In this document: piece after piece, positions 1 through 12,700 of the stretch
Layout of the letters: the number at the start of each line of letters is the position of its first letter
How positions within the stretch are numbered: position 1 is the stretch's first letter
Translations under genes and position numbers: made by a program
From: Tubiluchus corallicola
Taxonomy: Eukaryota; Animalia; Priapulida
Length of the DNA: 64,000 nucleotides
Assembly (NCBI GenBank): GCA_030141605.1
Contig: JAQGDQ010000258.1
Location: forward strand, 1 to 64,000
Direction: 5' to 3'
Notes under the pieces: model-generated
Seen by the model: the letters and a program-made list of their open reading frames with translations, nothing else
Told to the model about the DNA's origin: nothing
Databases searched by the model: none

Positions 1-410
1 GCAAGGTGTATGGAGATCCTGAGTTGCCCAGACAACAGGAACCCCCTCTCTTCCTCCCTGGTGTAGTCCAAAGGAAAGCGGAGCGATACGTTTGGCACCA
101 GGTTGCCTGCAGGAACTGCCGGAGTCAGTGAGCATGCTGCACTGGTCCGCCTTCGGGGCTCCACTCCTGATTTGGAAGGTTTACTCCTCTACACATGGCC
201 GTTGCGTCACTTGACCTCCTCCGCCCTCTAGCTGTTGGCTGCTTGTGCAGCTCCTCCGCCTAGTGTCGAGATACAGTGTGGGCATCCCGCAAGCCTACAG
301 CACCAGGTATTCTTAGGCGGTCACCCATCCAAGTACTAACCAGGCTCTATGTTGCTTAACTTCAGTGATCAGACAAGAACTAGTGTTTTCAACGTGATTT
401 GGCCGTAGTA
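1..410 (-). mobile_element. Chimeric SINE3-like element: 5S rRNA-derived head fused to RTE 5'UTR segment (runs off window)
   Basis: 291-410 is a full-length 5S copy; 1-294 is the reverse complement of RTE 5'UTR 39664-39957; the junction shares 'gctt'. Confidence 0.85.
291..410 (-). pseudogene. 5S rRNA-derived sequence (SINE head / retrocopy)
   Basis: tactacggccaaatcacgttgaaaacac...gaagttaagcaac...ggttagtacttggatgggtgaccgcc...ctgtaggctt; Box A and Box C present; several substitutions; no oligo-T terminator. Confidence 0.88.
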
Positions 411-655
411 TATGTATTTAGAGGAGTGAATTTCATCTTCATAGCCCACAGACCATTATGCAATACTAGTCAACCACAACAAACCTCAGAAAAGACTTTC
501 CATAACAGATTACTGTAATAACTATGATAATGACGATGATTCGGCTGGCAACGACAAGTAGCCGACAATGGTGATGTGGTGACAATTGAGATGTTAATGG
601 TGTTCATGATGAGTTTGATGATGGTGGTGACTATAACAACGGCATTTTTACTTAC

Positions 656-778
656 GTCATTTCTATCAAATTCCGGTGTTTCAAAGTCGACATAGTTAAT
701 TCTAAGTGTTACGTTGAGGTCAATGGACAGCTGGTCAGCTGGGTCACAGCGAACGCAATCGTACGCTTGTATAGGAAT
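656..778 (-). CDS. cadherin exon 30 (last in window)
   Basis: [41 protein letters not shown]; cag/gtaagt. Confidence 0.85.
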
Positions 779-3700
779 CTGCAAGTGAAGATAGAAGTTT
801 GTTCAAGATAATAGAGTGATAATACAGTAAATTAAAGTAAGTTTGTTCAAGATAACAGAGTGGTAATAAAGTATATCAAAGTAAGTTTGTTCAAGATAAC
901 AGAGTGATAATACAGTAAATCAAAGTAAGTTTGTTCAAAATAATAGAGTGATAATACAGTAAATCAAAGTAAGTTTGTTCAAGACAATAGAGTGATAATA
1001 CAGTAAATCAAAGTAAATTTGTTCAAGATAACAGAGTGATAATACAGTAAATCAAAGTAAGCTTGTTCAAGACAATAGAGTGATAATACAGTAAATCAAA
1101 GTAAATTTGTTCAAGATAACAGAGTGATAATACAGTAAATCAAAGTAAGCTTGTTCAAGATAACAGAGTGATAATACAGTAAATCAAAGTAAATTTGTTC
1201 AAGATAACAGAGTGATAATATAGTAAATCAAAGTAAGCTTGTTCAAGACAATAGAGTGATAATACAGTAAATCAAAGTAAATTTGTTCAAGATAACAGAG
1301 TGATAATACAGTAAATCAAAGTAAGCTTGTTCAAGATAACAGAGTGATAATATAGTAAATCAAAGTAAGTTTGTTCAAGATAACAGAGTGATAATATAGT
1401 AAATCAAAGTAAGTTTGTTCAAGATAACAGAGTGATAATACAGTAAATCGAAGTAAGTTTGTTCAAGATAACAGAGTGATAATACAGTAAATCAAAGTAA
1501 GTTTGTTCAAGATAACAGAGTGATAATACAGTAAATCAAAGTAAGTTTGTTCAAGATACCAGAGTGAAAATACAGTAAATCAAAGTAAGTTTGTTCAAGA
1601 TAACAGAGTGATAATATAGTAAATCAAAGTAAGCTTGTTCAAGATAACAGAGTGATAATATAGTAAATCAAAGTAAGTTTGTTCAAGATAACAGAGTGAT
1701 AATATAGTAAATCAAAGTAAGTTTGTTCAAGATAACAGAGTGATAATACAGTAAATCGAAGTAAGTTTGTTCAAGATAACAGAGTGATAATACAGTAAAT
1801 CAAAGTAAGTTTGTTCAAGATAACAGAGTGATAATACAGTAAATCAAAGTAAGTTTGTTCAAGATACCAGAGTGAAAATACAGTAAATCAAAGTAAGTTT
1901 GTTCAAGATAACAGAGTGATAATACAGTAAATCGAAGTAAATTTGTTTAAGATAAGAGAGTGATAATATAGTAAATCAAAGTAAGTTTGTTCAAGATAAC
2001 AGAGTGATAATACAGTAAATCGAAGTAAATTTGTTTAAGATAAGAGAGTGATAATACAGTAAATCAAAGTAAGTTTGTTCAAGATAACAGAGTGATAATA
2101 CAGTAAATCGAAGTAAATTTGTTTAAGATAAGAGAGTGATAATACAGTAAATCAAAGTCCTTAGCTAAGAAAACCAGGTGAGATATGAAACAGGCTTATT
2201 TTTTGAGACAGAAAAATCTTTTATCAAGTAGCTCATTATAGCTTTATCATCATGCAACCTCATAAGTTTTCTAGTTATGGTTTATTATATGATTAACTAA
2301 TTAAATTAATTAACTAATGAACTAATTGATTAACTAACTATCGGCACACAAACTGCTGATGTGCAGGGCACACAACAATTTCTTTAAAAGCAACCAACGA
2401 CTGTTTCAAGTCCTTTCATGAAAATCAAATAATTCTAGTTCAAAAATAGTAATATTTTATGAAAAAAGTAGTAAAAAAATTATTAATTTGTTTTTACCAA
2501 ACCAAAATGAGCTCTCAATGCATCTAACTGACAGGAAACTTTGCAATTTAAGATCCCAGACAATGTGTAGGACAGGTTATAATAACTATTTTTACTGCTA
2601 TTGAAATAAGTCACTCCTACAATTACAAACATTCTTGTAAGTTGTAGAAACTGTTGTAAAATTTTTTCATATGAAATTCTAAGACAAACGTTGATGCTCA
2701 AGTTTCCAGAAACTACGCTTACACACCACAAACACTTGCAAAAGTAAAACTTACATAATAATAAATTTCAGTCAGCGGTGCTTTCACTACTACATCATAT
2801 TCGTTGCCCGCGCCAGGTTGGAGATTAAAGTAGTCATTACTACCGCTCGCAAATCTGTAACCGACTTCCGCATTAATTCCATGATCAATGTCATCTATAG
2901 CTAAAACCTGAAAAGCCGTCTCTCCGATTCCCAAATTGTCCTGCAAGATAAAATGTTTTATAGTAATTAACTACATCACTATTCTGTATTTTGTGTAATA
3001 CGTCTTGCGCTATGTAAACAGAGTGGAGAAAGTACTAATATTATAATACGTACATTGTAATTACACATACACATATATTACATTATATATTATCAGAGTT
3101 TCGTTGCACGCCAGTTGCTGCAGGTCGGAGGTTTAGTGCAGCACAGCAACGTGTCTTAGCTGTAACCATCACGTGACATGCGGGTAAAGCAAAGCCGTCT
3201 GCCGCATCAGTTCAATAACTTCGGTTGTTTTATGTGAGCTTTACTTAACTATGCAGTAGTCTGTGCATAGAGTGATTTGATAGCAGGATCTTGGTTGAGA
3301 ACAAGAAAAAATGAACTAGATAAAGTTCAAGCTAGCTGTTAAAACTGTTGCTATTACAATAGCATGTGCTATGAGGCTTTGTCAAGTGTACACAAATACG
3401 TTGTCAGGGACAGTTAACCTTTGACCTTTTCATGATCGTCATTAATTGCTGGATCTCTGGAAATGCTTATTAGCCATGTATAAAGTGGATTTACCAACTG
3501 AAGTAGAGAGTCTTCAAGATTAAAGATATATCTTTCAATACACTTGCATTTCGGCCGGACTGCCGGACCTCAGTATTACGGATATTGGAAAACTCGGACA
3601 AAATCTGGTTCGCTAAGAAGTCCGGCATACTACTGACGCAATCCGTTATTTCGCAAGCTGACCGCTAGTTGGTAGGCCATCACTTTGCTTACATCCAAAG

Positions 3701-6700
3701 AGCGCGTAACGACACGCGTGAAATTTGTATGTCAGCATGTTTAGTGGTTTAATTGGCGTGTGTAAGTGGTTTAGAGTCAATTATTCGAAGTTATTTTAGT
3801 CCGTTGCTGACAATTTTTATATAGTTCTGCATAGGAGCGGCCTGCAGTAGACATTTTTGAGATAATTAGGCAACTGATTCTACATTACTTCACATACCGT
3901 GAGTCTAATACATGGCACCTACTATATTAGCTTTGGATCGGCAGTCGGCAAATTTGGACCCCCGACGTCTCCCCACTTTTGTCCCTCCAAACTAAATTAC
4001 ATAGTTCATTAAAGCTGTTAAAGCTTTGATATAAATAATCCCATCTTTTGCTAAAGAAGAAAGCTACTTATGAACAAACAACTTTATGAACAAGACACTA
4101 TGTTAAGAGAAAACATTAAAACCTTGGAGGTGCCTGTATCAGATGCAGTCTGTTTTGTAAATCCAATTATAAATAAATAAAGTTTAAACTAAGCATCAAA
4201 ACAAAACATACGATATGTTCTCTGACTATTCCATCAGGCGTTGGAGGAGCTACCCATTTTGGGTCGTTGAGATTAACATCTTGAACGTCAAATATGATGG
4301 TGACATTTGACGACAGCTGAGGATGACCTGTGATCAAATAAAAATGAAGTTCAGTTATGCTAAACTACATCAATCCTGGTACTGATGCAAAACAAGGCAT
4401 CATTGATAAATCTTTAGAGCTGATGTCAACATAGCACAATCTATTATCTTTCTTCCTACCATTTCCACTAACACATCCTTCTACCCTTCCTGTGTGATCT
4501 AAATTTTCTCCCAGTTCGTTTTTTTGTTCACTCATCCATTCTTTTTTATCAGGTTCACATGACAGTGGGCTTATACAAGCCTTTGCTTCTCTAGCACACT
4601 GCAGTACAATTATTCTTTTATGATAACGATAGTGTATGAAACATAATAATTTAATACAGTAGATGTAATAATTTTGATGTCACCGTGTGCTTAATGTCAT
4701 TATATTGTACTGAATGTGATAATAATAATAAATAAAAAATAAATAAAAAATACTGCGCTAATAACTGCACATCTGCCAAATAGCATCAGATGTTCTATAA
4801 AAACAAATTTGCTTGTACCTCCAGTCTTGCTATTACTTTATATTTATAATTTCATTTTGCTACAGTTAGACCACACTAAACGACTGACAAGATTTCCCAT
4901 GTTGACAAACATTTTTCCACTCCAAATTTTTCCATTTTGTTCAGTACAAGCTTGCTGTTGAGATCTTGTGTTTTTGCAAACTGTAAACAGTTCATATCCA
5001 GCACTAAATGTCGGACTAATTACCCAGCATTGAACCTTGTCTTACACCATTGCAGAGAGAAAATGCCAAGTCAGTTTAAACAAATAAATAAACTGGACTC
5101 AGCATTGAACCTTGTCTTACACCATTGCAGAGAGAAAATGCCAAGTCAGTTTAAACAAATAAATAAACTGGACTCAGCATTGAACCTTGTCTTACACCAT
5201 TGCAGAGAGAAAATGCTAAGTCAGTTTAAACAAATAAATAAACTGGACTCAGCATTGAACCTTGTCTTACACCATTGCAGAGAGAAAATGCCAAGTCAGT
5301 TTAAACAAATAAATAAACTGCACACAGCATTGAACCTTGTCTCACACCATTGCAGAGAGAAAATGCTAAGTCAGTTTAAACAAATAAATAAACTGGACTC
5401 AGCATTGAACCTTGTCTTACACCATTGCAGAGAGAAAATGCCAAGTCAGTTTAAACAAATAAATAAACTGGACTCAGCACTGAACCTTGTCTCACACCAT
5501 TGCAGAGAGAAAATGCTAAGTCAGTTTAAACAAATTAATAACTGCACACAGCATTGAACCTTGTCTCACACCATTGCAGAGAGAAAATGCCAAGTCAGTT
5601 TAAACAAATAAATAAACTGGATTCAGCACTGAACCTTGTCTCACACCATTGCAGAGAGAAAATGCTAAGTCAGTTTAAACAAATTAATAACTGCACACAG
5701 CATTGAACCTTGTCTCACACCATTGCAGAGAGAAAATGCTAAGTCAGTTTAAACAAATAAATAAACTGGACTCAGCACTGAACCTTGTCTCACACCATTG
5801 CAGAGAGAAAATGCTAAGTCAGTTTAAACAAATTAATAACTGCACACAGCATTGAACCTTGTCTCACACCATTGTTTAAACAAATAAATAAACTGGACTC
5901 AGCACTGAGCCCTGTTTTACATCCAGTTGCAGGTAGAAATGCTTTATGACTTTCCCAGTTCAAGCAAATAAAGTAAACTGGACTCAGCATCGAACCTTGT
6001 CTCACACCATTGCAGAGAGAAAATGCCAAGTCAGTTTAAACAAATAAATAAACTGGACTCAGCACTGAACCTTGTCTCACACCATTGCAGAGAGAAAATG
6101 CTAAGTCAGTTTAAACAAATTAATAACTGCACACAGCATTGAACCTTGTCTCACACCATTGTTTAAACAAATAAATAAACTGGACTCAGCACTGAGCCCT
6201 GTTTTACATCCAGTTGCAGGTAGAAATGCTTTATGACTTTCCCAGTTCAAGCAAATAAAGTAAACTGGACTCAGCATCGAACCTTGTCTCACACCATTGC
6301 AGAGAGAAAATGCCAAGTCAGTTTAAACAAACAAATAAATTGGGCTCAGCATTGAATCTTGTCTCACACCATTGCAGAGAGAAAATGCTAAGTCAGTTTA
6401 AACAAACAAATAAAGTAAACTGGACTCAGCATTGAATCTTGTTTCACACCGTTGCAGAGAGAAAATGTTTTCTGACTTACCATGATCATGAGCCACAACG
6501 ACGATTGTATAGACTCCGTACAAGCCCACTAGCGACTGAGTTGTCCATATCTGGCCCGTTCTTGTCGTATCCCAGGGTCCAACTGTTTCAACTCTGAAAT
6601 ACTCTGCAATAACAAATGCAAGATTTAGCGAGAAAAATAAAAATATAACAAATTATCAGAAAATGTTTACCGTCTCAGAATTAAACACAGTCCTTGAATC

Positions 6701-9700
6701 GTAAAACACTTTAAAGCAGAGGTTGCAACCTACAGCATAAATGTAACATCACACTTGCTCTGTCTATAATACTTTATTTTGATATCCCGAATACATATCT
6801 GATTTATGAAATGATAATAATGGAAATTGTTAACGGACATTTGTACAGGTTAATACTCACTTTGTTTCAACACATTTGTATTTCAAGACATTTCAGCTAA
6901 ACATGTTGCTCATTTTAATTTACTGTCTAAAATACACATTTTGTTGCCTTTAAAAGTTAGCAGTTGTTTCTTATATTTGAATAATTAGCTTAGAAAGTTA
7001 ATTAATGGCAACTGAACACAGCTATTGCTTAAGTCAGAAACTAACCAAAGTTTGTGTAATAACAGGCATCTTCCCTTGCACATCAAGCGCGTCTGCAGAA
7101 GTTTTACAGTACTGCTTAAGCGCATGATGTCACGAAAAATGTCCTCTACGTCATATGACGTCAGAAACTAACACTGCAGTTGATGATAATGGTTATCACG
7201 GTACCGCCTTCTATTTGTCGGCCACGTGCACGTGACAAAAAAGGCGCCGCTGCCAATCTTAGTAGATTCACTGAGCCGTGCATAACTTTGAACGTTCAAC
7301 AAAATTTGAATATCCGAGGTAATTATTATTTAATCTAAGCTTTGATTTAAAATAAGCTGTTGTAGTTTTCAACATTTTAGAGGATTCATGTTCCCCTTCT
7401 TACGAGCTCTAAACATTGATCTAAGTCACTCTATCTGACTTTTTGTAAATTCGTCAGTTTTGCTAGTATGTAAATTTGTCAGTTTTGCTAGTATGGAAAT
7501 TCGTCAGTTTTGCTAGAATGTAAATCCGTCAGTTTTGCTAGTTACGAGTTGTTCCAACATGGCGAGATCCTTTTTTTTTGAAAATTCTTTCATGCTGATT
7601 ATATCTGTACAGGAGAAGTGTATAAATGTTTGTTTGACTAAATACAGCGCTTACAAACAATTACTAATGATTTTGTCTAAGAATTGTTTTTGCTGTCGTC
7701 GAGTAACATCGAGTAAAGGCCATAGTTATCTCTTAATCCAAAAAAGACATGTCAGAACAAGTAACTAACCTACCTGTACCGTTTCCGGAATCTTCATCCA
7801 AGTAGTACGATACGATGCTGTTGTTTGTGTTCGGATCATCAGCATCATTTGCTCTCACCGTCACCAGCAGTAGATCTTTGTCAGTTGTTTCCAGAATCTC
7901 GTACGGATTTTGTACCGGCTCAAAGATGGGAGGATTGTCATTGACGTCCAGCAATAAAACCCGAATCTTAAGCAAAATATACAATTATAGTGAAGCCATG
8001 TTAAGCCATGAAAATTAAAAAATTGATCCTTTCCACTTTTTCAAAGGCAAGGCGTATTCACACAGTACCAGTAGAGACATCTATTGGTGAATATTTTTTC
8101 TATTACATGTGAAAACAAATTTGTAGCTATACAAGTTAAGAAACTTTAACCTTTTCCACCAGAATTCCTGCATTCTGTATTTTCTTTCAGTAACTTGTTT
8201 AATTTCTCTGCTTTCAAAGTCTAAAAACGATTTTTTTACTATAATCAGATCAGGCCATTTTTGATGACTGAATCTTCTGTTCAAAAAAAAAACTTTTTTT
8301 GTCTGTTTTAAAGTCTGGAACTCACTTTTTCCGGAAGAACATCAGGTGAAAAATCAAGCGGAGTTTGCGGTTGTTTTACGTCATTGAAAAGTCGAAATAA
8401 AGCAAATAACTTTTGTGTTACGGGTCTTAATATTTTGCTTGTGTAAAATCCACTGCTATAGACTAAAACTAAAGACAAAACATGCCATATAAAACAATTA
8501 GAAAAGCTATAGTTACCGTCGTGTAAGCGGAGTTGCTACCAAACGGCTGCTTGTAGTTGTCTCTCACTTGAATGAACAACTCGTATCTGTCTCTAGTCTC
8601 TCTGTCTAGTTCTCCGTTCACAAGCAAGTTACCCTGAGTGGAATAATAAACATTGAATCAGAAGCAAGTTACCCTGAGTGGAATAATAAACATTGAATCA
8701 GATGCAAGTTACCCTGAGTGGAATAATAAACATTGAATCAGAAGCAAGTTGCCCTGAGTGGAATAATAAACATCGAATCAGAAGCAAGTTACCCTGAGTG
8801 AAATAATAAACATTGAATCAGATGCAAGTTACCCTGAGTGGAATAATAAACATTGAATCAGATGCAAGTTACCCTGAGTGGAATAATAAACATTGAATCA
8901 GTAGCAAGTTACCCTGAGTGGAATAATAAACATTGAATCAGATGCAAGTTACCCTGAGTGGAATAATAAACATTGAATCAGTAGCAAGTTACCCTGAGTG
9001 GAATAATAAACATTGAATCAGATGCAAGTTACCCTGAGTGGAATAATAAACATCGAATCAGAAGGAAGTTACCCTGAGTGGAATAATAAACATTGAATCA
9101 GAAGCAAGTTACCCTGAGTGGAATAATAAACATTGAATCAGATGCAAGTTACCCTGAGTGGAATAATAAACATCGAATCAGAAGCAAGTTACCCTGAGTG
9201 GAATAATAAACATTGAATCAGATGCAAGTTACCCTGAGTGGAATAATAAACATTGAATCAGATGAAAGTTGCCCTGAGTGGAATAATAAACATCGAATCA
9301 GAAGCAAGTTACCCTGAGTGGAATAATAAACATTGAATCAGATGCAAGTTACCCTGAGTGGAATAATAAACATTGAATCAGAAGCAAGTTGCCCTGAGTG
9401 GAATAATAAACATCGAATCAGAAGCAAGTTACCCTGAGTGAAATAATAAACATTGAATCAGATGCAAGTTACCCTGAGTGGAATAATAAACATTGAATCA
9501 GAAGCAAGTTACCCTGAGTGGAATAATAAACATTGAATCAGATGCAAGTTACCCTGAGTGGAATAATAAACATTGAATCAGAAGCAAGTTACCCTGAGTG
9601 GAATAATAAACATTGAATCAGAAGCAAGTTACCCTGAGTGGAATAATAAACATCGAATCAGAATAACTTGCAGATGCAAGTTACCCTGAGTGGAATAATA

Positions 9701-12700
9701 AACATTGAATCAGATGCAAGTTACCCTGAGTGGAATAATAAACAATGAATCAGACGCAAGTTACCCTGAGTGGAATAATAAACATCGAATCAGATGCAAG
9801 TTACCCTGACTGGAATAATAAACATTGAATCAGATGCAAGTTACCCTGAGTGGAATAATAAACATTGAATCAGATGAAAGTTACCCTAAGTGGAATAATA
9901 AACATTGAATCAGATGAAAGTTGCCCTGAGTGGAATAATAAACATCGAATCAGAAGCAAGTTACCCTGAGTGGAATAATAAACATCGAATCAGAAGCAAG
10001 TTACTCTGAGTGGAATAATAAACATTGAATCAGACGCAAGTTACCCTGAGTGGAATAATAAACATTGTGAATAAACGTGTTTTTAAATTTACTGTAATTT
10101 TTGTAATCTAGTTCCTGGCTTCAAACCATGGTTTCCATGATCACGACCTTGGTAGAAATGTCGAAGCCATGTTCCTTTGCCGTAAAGGCTTCAACGGAGA
10201 CGTAAATAATGTCTCTCTATGTTTTCCATTCCTAGTAAACATCTGATTGTTTATCTTGAATATTAGAAATGCTTAATTGGAGGAACATGGTACTCACTGA
10301 TTCCACTTCTGTAAAGTTGAACTGATTCCAGTACGTCTGATCCACAAAAAATCCATTAGTGCCAAAATCACCAGAATCTTCGTTAGTTGCATTAACCCAG
10401 AAAACCAGCTCACCTGTAAACAACACATAATAGTACTTTTCAGTAATAATAAGTTATAATGGTAATAACTACAAGTAGAATTTATGTACTGTCTTTTTGT
10501 AAGACAAATTTGACCAGACCATATAGTATAATAGATAACGTTGCTGCTTTCCGTGTAAGATGTCCGGAGTTCGATACTGCGGCCTGGTCTTACCAGAGAC
10601 TTTAAAATGGTACCAGCTGTTTCTCAGCCTATCGGGTGGTATTTAGGGGTATAACTGGTGTAATAATAGACTCAGTTACGTAGCTGAAGAATTGTTATTT
10701 ACCGTCGGCGAAAAATGCTTTCAGCTCAGGTTAATTATTCGACAAAAAGTCCACTTTAAATAAAGATTATTATCATCATCATCATCATCACCACCACCAT
10801 CGCTGCCGCCGCCACCACCACCACTGCCACTAAAAGCGCCACCACCACCACCAAAAGCACCACCACCGCCAAAACAGGTGCTGTTCCTCTCAGTTCAGAT
10901 GTGTTAGTTTGTGAAGAAATACACGACAGCTCATGCGTGAGCAAAGCGGTAAATTTGAAATTTGAATTTTTATCTTAAAACTTGTCTAGTTTTGGTACAA
11001 CACACTCAATATCTTACTGTAGCACTGCACCTCAATTTTTGCTTTTGCAAACACGTGCAACATGCTCATGGAATATTTTTGCAGTTGAAAATTATGTTAG
11101 CTTGTGATTCATCAATAGTTGGGCTCGACTGCCATTAATTAGGTTTTTCATCTATTATTTAATTAACAGAACCGCTTATCCTTATAGGGTCACGATTTTG
11201 TGCAATCGGTAACGGGGGGTAAAAAATTACCCCCACCATAATTCGTAAATTACTTTTGATAAACTGCTGTGTTTCATTAGTAAACAGCAACAGCATAATT
11301 TGTGGTTATGCTGACCACCATAGGATACATTATACCTCTGCTTAAAGACATGTGACTTACTAGTAATACGAAATTTAAATTCACTTAGTTACGTTCCCTT
11401 ATCTATGCTGAAATAACTGTAGACAACCGACATTGCTAGCGCGTGTGCAAAAATCATTGTTATTTTGAATTTATTGTCTACTACTTTCTTCTTTTAGGTG
11501 GAGTAATTTGAGTAACTGACATTTTGTTTTATCAGATACATCGTCCGTATAATGTACAGACAAGCGAAGTAAAGTTTCGACAATTTTAAAAAATCGACAT
11601 ATTGCATTTTCACTTTTATTTCGTGACGAGACAATGCGCTTAAAATAAATAACTGAAAGTATTTTGTGCACAAAACATATTTAGAAAAAGTCATAGAAAA
11701 TGTTTACTGGGATGCGTATGGTAAAAGGGTAAAATGCAAAAAACCGGTCTGGGGGTAATTTTTTACCCCCCGGTGACCCTATAAGGGTTAAGTTCAACAG
11801 CGATCTCTCTGAGTTCAATAATTTTTCTCAAGACTGTAGGCTGTAGGCTCATGAAATTTCCATATGAGAACAGAGTCAATTGATCCAGGTAGCTGGTCTG
11901 TAGCATTACTCATTGTTTTGGTACACCTTACGTTACACCTGTATATTATATTATCTCAGCAGGTAAGTCACGCAAATCATAAATAACGTTGTGAAAATAA
12001 ACGTACCAATATCAGCATCTTCTAATATCACAGCATGAACATCATAGCTATCATTCACATTGTGTATAACAGGAAAGTTGTCGTTCTGATCAATAACATG
12101 AATGTAAAACGGAGCTGTCGCGTTTAGCGAAGGAGTTCCGAGATCGTAAGCCATCATGGTGAATGAAATGACGTCACAGCCGCTGCAGTCATAATCAATA
12201 ATTCCACTGACAATCAGTTCACCTGCAGGAAAAGTTTTGCTTAATAGGATCCTAGTTTGTTTAGGCAGATCTATGACAAACCATAGATGTTAAAACGAGT
12301 AAGAATAACTAACTCTGCAAACAAAGTATTTCTTTTTTGCAAGCAAAGAAAATTCACTTTTGTTGTACTTAATGAAGCAAACGGTTATTTGCAACATTTG
12401 TGTAGATATCTGCAAAAGTACCGTACTTGATTAATGGGGTTCAAGGGAGCCCCCTTTGGAGCCAGCAACAAATTGCAATTTTGTGACCATAGAGAGCCTC
12501 TTAAGTGGACTTAAAATATCAATCAAATATCATGCATAATTTAAAATACCCAACTATCAAGGATACATGATACCTAATTGTCTCAAAAATGCCTAAGTAC
12601 TGGCCGCTCCTATGCAAAAGTATATAAAAACTGTCTGCAATTGACTCAAATAACTCCGGAAATCGATTCTATATTTTTATACATAGAGATATACACGTGG

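Noticed and set aside
291-410. Functional 5S rRNA gene
   Set aside because: Single copy, stem-disrupting substitutions, no T-run terminator, and fused to RTE sequence.
795-2158. GTAAGT donor consensus in most 44-bp units on the + strand
   Set aside because: It is antisense to the cadherin, and there is no evidence of a + strand transcript.
8624-10067. CRISPR-like appearance of the 40-bp and 44-bp arrays
   Set aside because: Head-to-tail units with no unique spacers, no cas genes, and an intronic eukaryotic context.
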